From positions 22,898,030 to 22,951,844 of the forward strand of contig NC_057738.1 of assembly GCF_004010195.1 (NCBI RefSeq): a stretch of 53,815 nt of DNA, read 5' to 3'. A model generated the notes under the pieces. The model did no database searches, was not told the DNA's origin, and saw only the letters and a list, made by a program, of their open reading frames with translations. The translations under genes and the position numbers were made by a program. Shown here in pieces: positions 12,442 to 24,490 of the stretch; position 1 is the stretch's first letter, and every line of letters begins with the position of its first letter. This stretch comes from Chiloscyllium plagiosum (lineage: Eukaryota).

Positions 12442-13840
12442 CCATTTGGTCACGAGTTGGAGACTGACAAAAGCACTGGGGGTTAGAAATTAGTCTCAGG
12501 TAGCAACACATTACTGGCAATAGCCAACAGGCAATATTGAGTGGTCTGCTGATTTTCAATAGCCAACAATGCTGCAATTTTGTATTGAAGAAAGGTGAAC
12601 AATGTGCTGTAGACAATGTAGTGAGATTCTGGCATGTTACAATGAACTTAGTTATGAGTACACTCATCTGATAAAGGCCATTAGATCATTACAGAATTAA
12701 TATGAATGTTATTTGATTGGCCAGTATAGCTGAAAATGACTACCATGAACCAAATCTGATTTCTACTTCGAAACCAGCTGAAATCCAGAAACAGCCGAAA
12801 TGAGGAAATCACTAGGGCCAAGACATGTACTGTTGGCCATCAGGTAATTGGTATTCACTCAGGAAATTCTACCCACAGGTATTCCATAACCAATGTAGTT
12901 ATATTAGTCAACCAGTGCAGACATGCCGTGACATGCATCCAGACAAGTGAGAATTGAACTAAGATCTTCTGGCTCAGAGATAGGGACCAGGCCACCAAGA
13001 CCCCAATATTTATTGGCAGTTAAAGCCAAACACATCACTATTGGACTGGAATCACATGTAGGCCAGACCAGCAAAGGATAGCAGATTTCCTTCCTAAAGG
13101 GAATTAGTAAACCAGATGGGTTTTTATATTGTTTGAAAAGTCAATATGGTTGACATTAGATGAGCTTTTAACTCCAGACCCTTTAAGAATTTAAATTGCA
13201 TGATCTGCCATGGTGGAATTTGAACCCATGTTCCCAAAGCATTAGTCCAGAACTTTGGATTATGAGCTAAGTGACATTATCACTATGCTACCATCTGCCT
13301 GCCTTCACGCCATTGTAATCTGACATTTGGGAAAGACCAACTGCAATGTCTGGAAGGCCATGCAAGCTCAATACGGAACATAATAGCTGAAATGTATCCC
13401 CAAATTACTATTCAAGCTGGGTCTTGCATAAAGTATTGCAGAGATCCCCAAGTGCAAGTAAGTAGTCTCTATGAAGTCGTACATATAAAATATTGAAAGC
13501 ACCGAAAGCCGATAAAGTGCAATAAGCCTAATCTCACTTGCATGCCTGTAAGTCACAGCACTTCAGGTGCACAATACCAAAATATTTTTAAAATGCACCT
13601 GTTCAGGTGGAGTTCCAGACTAACATCTACTTCTGGATGAAAATGTCAGCCTATCCAATCTTTTCTCATGGTCAAAATTCCCCATTCCTTGCAACACTTA
13701 TAAATTTCCTATGTACCCTCTACACTGTGATCACATCCTTCCTCTAATTCAGTGACCAAAACATTAGTTAGGACACAGAGTACCACATTGATGTTGTATA
13801 GTACTAGCATAATCTTCCCTAGTCAGCCAATAAAAGGGAA

Positions 13841-14360
13841 GAAACAAAAACAGTAGGTCTGACAACATCTGTGGAGAGAAATCAGAGTTAAATTTTGGGT
13901 CAAGAGACCCTCAGAACTCAGTATTGGTTTTATGCAAAAGATAGGGTGGGGCAGAACGTGAGTGAGTGAGAGAGCGAGTGAGTGAGTGAAAGAGTGAGAG
14001 AGAGGAAAGAAAAATCAGTTGGACAGACAAATGAGTGGAAAATGATCTGACTAGGAAGGTGAATAGCTATTAATGGGGGCTTTTGTGGCTAACAATGGGT
14101 TGGGTGTAATGGGTGTATATGATAACAATGCCTTACTTTTGTGTGTGGGGTAAGGGCATTGGAGAGTCCAAGCCCTAAAATTATTAAATTCGATATTGAG
14201 TTCAGAAGGCTGCAGGGTCCCCAAGGGGAAAACGAGCTGCTGTTCTTCCAGCTTGCATTAAGTTTCACTGGAACACTGCAGCAAGCCTGAGATGTTGGCC
14301 AAGGAACAGGATGGTGTGTTAAATCAGCAGGCAACTGGAAGCTCGGGATCTTTTTTGCAG
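13841..14360 (-). mobile_element. PLE 3' relic (GIY-YIG C-terminus, (GAGT)n tract, family C terminus)
   Basis: Minus strand ELPVAC*FNTPSCSLANISGLLQC...KLEEQQLVFPLGTLQPSELNIEF. Confidence 0.7.
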
Positions 14361-14859
14361 ACAGAGAGTGAAGTTGGAGACAATGGTAACCATGACTGTT
14401 GATTGTTAGAAACAATGAATGATGGAGAAATAATATTGCAGCATAGGAAGCAACACACCACCATAATTCTGCTGTACACTTTAACTCTCCTGCAGTAACT
14501 GAAATCCATCTCTGCATTTGAGCAACCAAACAGAGTTCTGGGTGATGCTGTTTACTTGGTCATTTGCAGAATATTCTTTTCTATTTCAACCTGGTTTAAT
14601 TAAGAAAATATTTATACCTGGGTATCTGCAACTTAGAAAGTACATATGCACAGGTGCAATGAAACCAGTTAACCAGTCAAAAGATATAACTGTAAATGAA
14701 CTTTTAGCTGGGTTGAAAGGTGCAGGTACTAGACATTATACACTAAAAATTAATGTAGGAAATCTATAAACCAGTGATGTGTAAATTCAAAATCATCCAG
14801 AAATTACTAGGAATGTATAGAAATATTTCAAAGACTCGAGATGTGTTTAAAAACAGTAC

Positions 14860-14865
14860 TTTATT
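14860..14865 (-). terminator. Candidate METTL6 polyadenylation signal
   Basis: AATAAA on the minus strand ~555 nt after the stop codon, followed by a TGTTTTT tract. Confidence 0.55.
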
Positions 14866-15419
14866 CAAATGAATAGCAAATATCACAAGTTTATAAAACC
14901 TCCATCATCACATACTTTATAAAAGTGAAATAGATTAGAAGAGGTGTAGGACTTCCAAAAATTCCAATCAGATATCACGCAATACAATAATTTTAACTTT
15001 TTTTTGCAAATATAAGCGATTTCTAATTTTAATTAGTGAGATCTTTGGTCTCCTTGGACTCAGCTGAACCGTTTTGGCAGATAGTCAGCTCATTTATATT
15101 CAAATCAGTGCTGCACAGTCTGCCATTAAGCAGCCCACAAGAGTAGCCCTGGAGTTCCTCTCCCTTCTAACTTTCCTGAACCTGGGTAGTGATACATTGA
15201 GCCTCAACTCAGCAATGCTCACCCAGGCAGCAGAGCAGCTGAGATCACCATCTTATCCCTTGCTCCTACTTCAGATTTTTAAGAAACCATTCACATTGCA
15301 GTCTTGGCAGAGTGCCAGGAGTACATTTCTCTGTCTTTACATTCTGCTAGGGTTCCATATACAAGATGGAAAGGTCAAACATTGTAACTTAACTTCAAAA
15401 AGAGAGCAGCACTAACTGT

Positions 15420-15583
15420 TCAACAGGTTAAATCTATTCTGTTTCTATCTGGCTTCTTAAACTTGCACTGAAGAAAAACCCTTGGAACACAAAGACCTTC
15501 CTTCTTATTAACAGTTTCACGGAACACATATTCATTGACGAGTACTTCATATCCAGCAGCTGTCAGGAGTTGTGCCACGTATT
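15420..15583 (-). CDS. METTL6: METTL6 last coding exon
   Basis: TTCATTCTAG|; EYVAQLLTAAGYEVLVNEYVFRETVNKKEGLCVPRVFLQCKFKKPDRNRIDLTC then TGA at 15422-15420. Confidence 0.95.
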
Positions 15584-18500
15584 CTAGAATGAAAATATAG
15601 AAAAACGAGGAAAAATATGGACTGAAACAAACTTCTACAAGAATGCGACCTCAGTTGCAGCATTAAGAGATTAATAAATGTCTACATCTGTTGTTATTGT
15701 ATGCACGTACCTGTAAAATATATGTTTTTCTATATTACAGATAGATTAATATTGTTAAACAGAGGAGCAAATCTATTCAAATGGTAAAAGCAAATATTGC
15801 AGATGTTGAAAATCCACAACAAGAAACAAGTCCCTGAAGTACTCATGAGGTCCTGTAGCAACAGTGGAGAGAGAAACATTGTGTGTTGAAAATGACTTCT
15901 TCAAAACTGGAAAAAAAAAGGGTAGAAATGTGATTGGTTTAATGCTGTTAAAAGGCAGAAGTGGAAAGAAGAAAAGGTAAGATTCACCTAGAATGTGGGG
16001 AAATTTGTAAGTTAAAGATGTTGGCATGGATTTATTTTGACTATAATTTAATTAGGCAAGTGCAAAAAGCACCAAATGGATTGTTTTACTAAAAAGAAGT
16101 CATGATTGCTGTAATGTCATATAGAAAATCAATTTGAACTATTAATTACTTTGTCTTAATTGAATTCGAGCTTAAAAACTTGTTTTAAAGTCATGTATTC
16201 TTATTTTAAATCAATTTGAACATCTACAAAACATTACATCATCAATGTAAGCAATGTTGATTAAGGCATAAAATTACAAAGATATACTAATAAATTAAGG
16301 AAATGGACAAAACTGGCAAATAGATTTCAATGCAGGAAAATTAGAGGTTATTCACATTGGACCTAATGGACAGGACAGGGCACTTTCTGAATCGTGAAAA
16401 ATTCCTAGGAGTCTATGTACATCGCTAATTACCAGAGAAACAGTAATAAAGGGACTCCATAGGAAGCATTTGCCACAGTCACTAGCATCAGTCTGATAAA
16501 GTAATACCATACTTGATTTAAAACCTCACCAGGATTTGACCCAATATAGTAATAGTCAAAGAGGCTAAATAATATATCACAGGAAGGATCTGCACTGCAT
16601 TTTGTACCAAGTAAGAATGACCCCACGGGATGTGGGTTACTCCTCATCTCAGAACATGTGACTGTGACACGTACACAAACATTGAGTGGATGGCATATCT
16701 CCATTTCTCAAGTCATGGATAAGTTACACAGTTATTACTGGTACCAATGCATCAGGATATTCTGCATCATTCTGCTTCTAATTTGATTTACGCCTAAATA
16801 AATCCTGTCCATGTAAAGTGAAAGGTTCCAATGGGCATCCTTCACCAAAATAACAGTTCATGGGAAATAATACAAATTGATTATACGGGTCCACTGGCCA
16901 CAACAAATAAACAAACACACAAGTGGCATCAGTTTAGCTTAGTTATTATTGATAATAGTTTTTCTGTAGGTAAAATGTTTCAAGCCTGTGAAGTTAATGT
17001 TGTTACCATTACGAAGATTTTATGGGAACAAAGTTCTATTGATGGGAGTTTTCCAAAAAGGTTACCAAATCATAATGATTGACATTTTACAGCAAAGATA
17101 TTGCAATAGACCATAAGATATAACAGCAGAATTAGGCCATTTGGCCCATTAAGTCTACTCAGATTTACAGAAATACAGGTTCTCTCAAAGAGTTGAAAGG
17201 CTGAGGAGATATGGAGGATAAGGCCAGAGAGGAATTTGAATACAAAGTTGAGAATTTTAAGAGCAAGATGCTACTTGACCATAAGTTAATGTAGGTGAGC
17301 AAGTATAGATGAGATGGTTGAATAGGATAGTGGGTGTGGGCAGGAAGAGTTTTTTAAAAAAATCAAGTTTACAAAGGTTATAATGTGGAAGCTTAGCTAG
17401 GAGTGTATTAAATATTAAGTCTAGAGGTAACAAAGGTATTTTTGAGGATTTCAGCAGTCGATGAGCTAAAGCAGGGGTACAGTCAGGCGACGTTATGATG
17501 AGGAGAAAGTGAGGTCTGCAGATGCTGGAGATCAGAGCTGAAAATGTGTTGCTGGAAAAGCGCAGCAGGTCAGGCAGCATCCAGGGAACAGGAGAATCGA
17601 CGTTTCGGGCATAAGCCCTTCTTCCTGAAGAAGGGCTTATGCCCGAAACGTCGATTCTCCTGTTCCCTGGATGCTGCCTGACCTGCTGCGCTTTTCCAGC
17701 AACACATTTTCAGCGACATTATGATGAGGTGGTCTCACTGATCAAAGCCTCAAATTAGTTCCCAGGAAAAGGTATGGATTTAGTAACTAAAGAAAGGAGT
17801 CTGTCGTGTGGACTGAAAGAAAAATACGCTAACAATTCTTCCAAAAGTTAATCGACGGAAAGTGCTGCCATTCCATAGTGGAAGTCAGGCCACCTGTTTG
17901 ATAATTTAGAGAGAGTGAAGCGGTGGGGAGGGGGACGGGGACTGTAACTTTGTCACTATCACACACTGAGTCATTTGTAACTTTTGATGAAAAATCATTT
18001 TGGCAGGGGTGGACACTGATTTGAGGGAATCAAAATGAAAGTTAGACGTGGACTTTCAAGATCACAACAAATCCAAACACTCTGGAAAGGAAAAAAGGGG
18101 TAGTGGTGGTTTTCAAGGATGTTGGGAAAGTATTTTCTGTTGTCAGAAAGGGTGATGCTTGAAGGTTTGAAGAGGAGGAAGAGCTGTTAACAATATCAGA
18201 ATATATGGGAACATGGTAAGAAAGTATTTGGTAACACGATAAGAAGGGAAATTGAGTGGTCAGCTGTCTGGTGGAAACAATGCCAAAGGAGCAATAAAGT
18301 GGCTTCATGGACAAAATGCTAACAATCAAGACTAGAAGCAAGTAAATTTGGGAATGTCTGTTATCAAACAGTACCAGTTGTATTAAAAATGAGTTTGAAT
18401 CTCAGCTGGATTATGTGAAGAGTTATTCATAATAAAGATCAAATGGCAGGAACACCGATTATGCATGTTTTCAGCTGAAAGGACCCAAAACAGTGAGATG

Positions 18501-21500
18501 ACAGTGGTACTGCAGCATGATCATAATGTGCCCCAAGCAGAGCTTCTTTGAAAATGAGAAAATCCAAGTAATCTTGCATATTGGCTTCAAGATAGCTCTA
18601 TTCCTTAGTCTGAAATGCATTAACCACTGAACAAAAACCCCACAAAATCATACCATGCACATGGTACAAGACAATAAACAAATACAACAGGCAAACCAAG
18701 AAACTACAAAATCAAGAAGGTCACTTTTATAGAATTATACCGATGGTTTAGATTGTTTCGGATGGCACTGACCATTCCATAAGTAGGTCTCATCATTGCA
18801 TTATATTGTACAAGTAGGTTAATAAAGGAATATAGAAGTCATAAAGATTTTGGCAGCAAAGACACTGAGGAAGTCAACAATAGTAAAATGTAAGGAAGAA
18901 CATAAAAATACTTGGCTAAGGGGTAGCCCATGCAAAAAAAACGCAAGAGGCATGTTTATACATAAGATCAGAGAATCAGGAGAAAGACAGAGATTGAAAG
19001 TTAAGGGTTAGCCTAGAAACGGGATGAACCCAGTGCTGAGAGACACAATGTTCAAGGCTGATCAAGTTGTAACAACAGAAAAGTTGCTGAGGCATACCAA
19101 ATTATCAGTGCGGATAAGCATGTACTGAATTTTACTTAGGATTAAGAAAGGAATCACCATACAAGGCAATCAAGTACAAGTAGCAAAGCAAAATCAGTGA
19201 AAATAAACATGTAACTATTAGTATTTTTTATAGATTGGAGATTAATACCAGTTTACATTCAATTAGGTTATATCTGGTCTGTATATTGCATTCTATACTG
19301 AAGAATGATTGTATACAATAAAAATTTAAAATATTTCATATGACACATGAATAATAGTAACTGATGACTTTGGCTATTCAAGCAAGTTTTTTATAACACC
19401 ATCCTGAAGCACCAGCTGGAAGTAAGGCTGGTGACAGCAGGATCATGCTGGATGCAATATACAGGGCTAAATAGCATGCCAAGGCTCATTTTGCAGGATC
19501 CCAAATGATGAATAGACATGTACCAGAGCCTGCTGATAGTAACCCATTTTGAGTCACCAACTTCATAAAGAAAAATTTAAGAAATCTCCAAGTGTAGAAA
19601 CAAAGCAAGCATTGTCTGATACAACTATCATAACCATCTGATAGTCAATTACAAGCAGCAAAAACATGTTTTAAATAACAAATCTCACCATCTGAAAAGA
19701 AGAAAGATCTTGTTCCATCTTGACGAACATAAAAGTTTGATCCAAGTTTGTGACCATTTTTAAATCGGAGCATGGTGTGATCATACAGTCCATAATCTCT
19801 GAATAAGATGCTTCCACCAGGTTTCAGTATCTGTCACAGACACACAAGAAGCAAAGTCACAGCTAGTAGGTCTTTCATAATAATGCACCAAGTAGGCCTA
19901 CGGGAATAATTCAACTGTATTACTTTAATAGGTATCTTTCTCAGTGAATTAGCAAAAGCCAACACAAGGTCAGAAGATAGGGGTGCAAAATGTTTTATAA
20001 ATGAGACTATGTATAGCAACAAAATGTTAAAATTACTTCACTAACTTTTATTTTTCTCCATAGATAAACTTGATATCCCCATTGCTCACTAATAAGGTCT
20101 CCAAAGTCCAATTAACAAAGAATCCCACAGATATCATGTTGAATATTTTCAAGTTATAAAATGTACATGTTTATGGAAGCAGATAACAAAGCCAATATAG
20201 CAGATAATAATTTATTTCAAGTTCAATCTCACCACTTTGGCAGAAATTTTTCAAAAAGTTTTTCTGAACGCTCCCCAATTATATCACCATGTGTAAGATG
20301 ACAGCATGCCTACCATCAAATACTAACTTTATAGATATTTTCTAATGCTGGTTGCATCTTGTCAGGATGAATAGCAGAAAGCACGAAGATCAGTGTTACA
20401 ACATCCACAGAGTCTGCTGGTATATTCTCTAGTAAACTGTCCTTCGTTAGATCACACTGAAAGGCTTTACATCGTTCAGTATGGTACAAGTGATTTTGCT
20501 TTAAAAGAAACAAATGCAAGAATGGATAAGGAATCTGAACAGAATGTTCCCATTGATTACACTCAAAAACTTGATTAGTTTTAATATTTTTTAAAGCATT
20601 CTAACTGATATCTTAAAACAGGTCATGAATTATTTGGAACATCTGAAGAATTGTTAAACTTGGCAATACAGTACTTAATATCATTTAATATCAAACATGT
20701 ATATTTTATTTCATTGCTGTTTGTGGGATTCTGCTACACTGTAGCTTCTTCCATTGTAGTAGCAGCTACAGGTTGAATCTTACAGAGGTTGACTGAACTC
20801 AAGTTCTGTCCAGTTTTCTGGAGGGATTTTGCACTATCTCTTAATACACTTGCCTCATTAGCAACCTCTCTTAACCCGATGCCATTCCTCAACTCCAATT
20901 CCGGACCCATCTTACCAAGAGCCAATCCTAGATCATGGCTTGTCCTAGGATGGATGTGTTGTCCCACATCAACTAGCCACAAAATAACATGACCCTCTCT
21001 CACTGGTATCCTTACATACAGATGAGGAAGGACACCACTTCGACTGGGACAACACATCCATCCTAGGACAAGCCAAACAGAGACATGCACGAGAATTCCT
21101 AGAAGCATGGCATTTCAACCGGAACTCCATCAACAAACACATCGAGTTAGACCCCATCTACCACGGCCTGAGAAAAAGAACTAGAAATAACATCACTAAC
21201 CCAAAGAAATAAATAGAAAGCAGGAATTTTCAACACTGCTTCGCCTGGAGGCCCACTGAAGATGTTGCCTAGTAGGGTGATGAAACGTCAGGAAATGAAC
21301 CCTCCACCTCAGCGAGCAAACCTACATGCAGAATCCCAGATCATCTCAGCAGATATCCTGGAATTCACGGAACATAGAACAGTACAGTATAGGAACAGGT
21401 CCTTTGGCCCACCATGTCTGCGCCAACCATGATGCCATTCTAAATTAATCCCATCTGCCTGCATATGGTCTGTAACCCTCTATTCTCTGGCTGTTCATGT

Positions 21501-24490
21501 GCCATCTAAACATTGCTATTGTATTTGTTTTTAACCACCTCCCCTGGAAATACATTCCAGGCACCTACCACCCTCTTCATAAAAACATACTTCGCACATC
21601 CCCTTTAAAAACATTCTCCCTCTCACTTTAAACTTGTGTCCCCTGGTATTTGACATTTCCACCCTGGGACAAAAAGATTCTAACTATTCATCATGGGAAA
21701 AAGATCCAGCTATCCATCCGACCCATGCTGTTGCTCTAGCAAAAAGAATCTAAGTTTATCCAACCTCACCTTATAGCTATTCAGTTCTCCTCCAAGCAAC
21801 ATCCTGGTAACTCTCTTTTATACCCTTTTCAAAGCTCCGTATTCTTCCTAAACTGTGGAAAATAGAACTGCACATAATACTCCAAATGTGGCCTAACTGA
21901 AATTTTATACTCAATGAAAGCAAGCATGCCATACACATTTTTACCACTTTAACTGCTCGCAACTTTAGGGGCACTACGGAATTGTACTCAAAGATCTTCC
22001 TGTAATTAACACTATCAATTCAATGTAATCAATGTGTATCAATTCAACAGCACCCTTTACACTGTCCTATCTTTAAAGGCCTGTCATGTACCCAGACAAG
22101 CATCGCAGCTCTGGCGCTGCCTTGCACAATACCTGACTGGGGCAAATGTCACGGTAGACAGAAGTGTTGGAGAATGGGCACGCCGCCTTTACAGGCAGGG
22201 TCCTGGAGGTCCTTTTGAATGGGGTGATGCAAATGCAGGATTTCCTCTTCCTCGATGACCAGCAGTAAAAGGTCATGACACCAGACCATGCCAGCCTGGC
22301 CAGAAGTTGTTGCTTGGGTTAAAGCAGTTTCAACTGTCTGGAGGAATACACAGCATTGCAGGAATAAGGTCAATGTCTCTCTTCACTTAACCAGCCTAAG
22401 TATTGCCATGTTCTCTCCAATATCTTACATTTACGACCTCTGCTATTGTACCCCACCTTTCAACCACTCTCACTTGTTCATGCAACATCTTCCTTCACTA
22501 ACTGTCAAGTCCAATCCCCAACAGCAATAACCGTGCATGCCCTCTGTACTGCCTTATCACTCACTTGGGGCATATCCTCATCTACACCAAATGTAACAGC
22601 TGAGCCACTCATCTTTGTCTCTCTTAATACATCCTCTCTCTCATTCAAGGAGGAAAGACTCTAGAACGGTGAAATGCTGCCTGACATTCAGTTCCTCACT
22701 CCTTATGAAGACAGTGTAGTGACTCTGACAGTTAGCCAGGGAAATGTTATGGTAACCAATACACCAGGGGTGATAGTGTTAGTGTTTATCATCTCAACTA
22801 ACCTTAAATACTTCAGCAAACATGTAAAAATAAATCAAGAAATATATCACAACCAATTACAAACGATCTTGTGTGTACCTTCACAAATTCTATCGCTCGG
22901 GGAGAGAAATCACACGCATAAATGAAGACATTTAGATCGTCCTCTAAAAGAGGGAATAAGCAGTTCCCAACTCCACAGCCAGCTTCCAAGACAATTAGTT
23001 TTTGATTCTCAAACTACAAGAAAGAAAAATTTTGTAAAATTGCATATTTACAGAACATTAAATATTGCAAAAACATCAACTGCACTTCATGTCAGAAAAG
23101 TGGATATGTTCAGCAGGAATAGAAGAGATAACCAGAATATGCAGGCTGAAGAAACTGAGAAGGGGTTTCATGAGGATATTCGGATAGATGAAGGGTCCTG
23201 ACACCTGAGGGATAAATGCACTTGGGGACAAAATCAGAAGATCAAAGAACACAGGGTGGAATGCAAGGTTGAAAGCAAGGGTGGGGTGGGGGCAAGACTG
23301 AGAATAGATTTTAAATGGAATTTGAAATTAGCTATTTTGGAGACAGCTATTGGAAGTCAACAAGAAAGAAGCTTTAAGTAATAGGATAGGGTATGGGCAA
23401 TACAGTTTGGAATCAGCTGTGTTTTGTTTGAATGAACCACTAAGGAGTCAAGTCTTTCAATCACAAAAACAAAAATAAAAGAGGTGTGCTCTGACAGTAG
23501 AGTCTGACAATGTTCTACAGGCAGAAGTAGGTTATCATAATAGTGGATAAGGAATGGAGCTTGAAGTTTAACAAAATAGCACTACAATGAACTTTAGCAC
23601 CCTGTAAGCAAGTAGTTGAGAATGTGATGGTACTGCAGCTCAGAGTGCAGTGACAGAAGCCCCATAAAATGGATTCAGTTTTCTCAATGTACAATTATAG
23701 CAAATTCAGCCTCATGTACCTGTCAGTATTTGATGAGTGTTCTGTTCCAAGATGGGAATGACATTATTGATTGTTTAGAGATAAAGCTGGAGGATTAGCA
23801 TGTATATTGAAACAGATCTCAAACCTATAGATAATGTCTGTGTTGGTAGCTTATAAAAGAAAGTGCTGGCAAGGACAGGACCTTAGAAAATGCTGGGAAT
23901 TACGGAGGATTGGAAGGGGGTGAAAGAAGTAATTCCTGAAGATTATATTGGGCAAATAGAAACTGTACAAAGTGAAGCAGCTTCCTAGAGGTGATCAAGA
24001 AGGCAAGATATATGGAGTGATCGGCCACATTTGTAACCAAACTTTTTTTTAAACCAGTATGTTCTTTGCCATTTGCACTAGACTTACTCACAGCTGAAAT
24101 GGCAGTTCATTAACTCACAAGTCTGGGTTTCCTTCATTAAATATCACTTACCTCTCCACATGCTTTAAGTTCTTCAAATTCCCTGGTTGTCCAATGTCTA
24201 TCTTTGAAGAAGTTTGTGCTATTTCTTTTGTAAAATAAATCCCAGTTCTTCTGTGCATCACTTTCAAGCTTCTGTTGCTTAAAATTGGACACTAAGGTCT
24301 GATCTTTCATGAGCTTCTCTGCTTCTTCAGAGGTAAGGATTCTTCCCTTTTGCCCTCTGACTTGAAAAGGCATTTCTGGTCTGGAGGGTGTTACAGTTAC
24401 TACCTTATTGCTTAAAGACCAGTCGTTTATCCCTTCTGTTTGGTATGTCTGGATACCACAAAAAACATTTGTTTCCATGTCATCTCCCAT
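15420..24490 (-). CDS. METTL6: METTL6 tRNA m3C32 methyltransferase, complete spliced CDS: join of 24152-24490, 22879-23013, 20328-20498, 19689-19830, 15420-15583 (951 nt)
   Basis: Five GT-AG bounded exons splice in frame to a protein with KNWDLFYKRNSTNFFKDRHWTTREFEEL, the SAM motif LEAGCGVGN, LIFVLSAIHPDKM, LFRDYGLYD, YVRQDGTRS and RETVNKKEGLCVPRVFLQ. It is head-to-head with EAF1, as recalled for mammals. Confidence 0.97.
16600..17100 (+). mobile_element. Retroviral/Gypsy-type integrase relic
   Basis: SWEIIQIDYTGPL...FSLVIIDNSFS...ITKILW...GSFPKRLPNHND*HFTA follows the DDE integrase core pattern. Confidence 0.65.
17503..17714. mobile_element. PLE-derived fold-back mini-element, family A
   Basis: Perfect 88-bp inverted repeat 17537-17624 / 17627-17714, a ~33-nt one-sided tail, and TSD GCGACRTTATGATGAGG at 17487 and 17713. 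Confidence 0.88.
17625..17652 (+). ncRNA. Minimal hammerhead ribozyme core
   Basis: CTGAAGA-A-GGGC-TTAT-GCCC-GAAA-CG-TC. Confidence 0.75.
19689..19830 (-). CDS. METTL6: METTL6 coding exon 4
   Basis: 142 nt, GACAG|...G|GTGAGA; ILKPGGSILFRDYGLYDHTMLRFKNGHKLGSNFYVRQDGTRSFFFSD. Confidence 0.96.
20328..20498 (-). CDS. METTL6: METTL6 coding exon 3
   Basis: 171 nt, TTTAAAG|...AAA|GTTAGT; QNHLYHTERCKAFQCDLTKDSLLENIPADSVDVVTLIFVLSAIHPDKMQPALENIYK. Confidence 0.96.
20934..21337 (+). mobile_element. PLE 3' fragment, family D (GIY-YIG C-terminus), with a short 5' inversion
   Basis: [49 protein letters not shown]; ~20937-20966 is the reverse complement of ~21046-21075. Confidence 0.85.
21256..21289 (+). 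ncRNA. Minimal hammerhead core in the PLE 3' terminal repeat
   Basis: CTGAAGA-T-GTTGCCT-AGTA-GGGTGAT-GAAA-CG-TC (stem II weakened by G-U pairs). Confidence 0.6.
21370..22005 (-). mobile_element. CR1 LINE 3' end
   Basis: GAACATAGAACAGTACAG tail plus decayed ORF2 end. Confidence 0.75.
22170..22385 (+). mobile_element. PIF/Harbinger Myb/SANT-like ORF relic
   Basis: AFTGRVLEVLLNGVMQMQDFLF / PAWPEVVAWVKAVSTVWRNTQHCRNKVN fits the trihelix pattern F..LEVLL..V....LF...AW.EVA..V......R...QC.KK.N. Confidence 0.55.
22879..23013 (-). CDS. METTL6: METTL6 coding exon 2 (SAM-binding motif I), missed by the ORF track
   Basis: 135 nt, TTGTAG|...AAG|GTACAC; FENQKLIVLEAGCGVGNCLFPLLEDDLNVFIYACDFSPRAIEFVK. Confidence 0.96.
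24152..24490 (-). CDS. METTL6: METTL6 first coding exon (ATG 24490; ortholog-equivalent ATG 24373)
   Basis: RILTSEEAEKLMKDQTLVSNFKQQKLESDAQKNWDLFYKRNSTNFFKDRHWTTREFEELKACGE, then donor GAG|GTAAGT; probable acceptor TTTTTCTTTTGCATTAAG| with the exon starting at 24514. Confidence 0.93.

Noticed and set aside
13958-14003. (GAGT)n/(GA)n repeat as a possible array
   Set aside because: Simple microsatellite within a PLE relic; no spacer structure, and the context is eukaryotic.
17537-17714. Hairpin read as a pre-miRNA, terminator or DNA-transposon MITE
   Set aside because: The arms are PLE terminal repeats with a one-sided tail and a long TSD, which does not fit TIR transposons; there is no evidence for a miRNA.
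20499-24151. Apparent absence of the METTL6 SAM-binding exon in the ORF track
   Set aside because: The exon is present and intact at 22879-23013; the gene is not a pseudogene.
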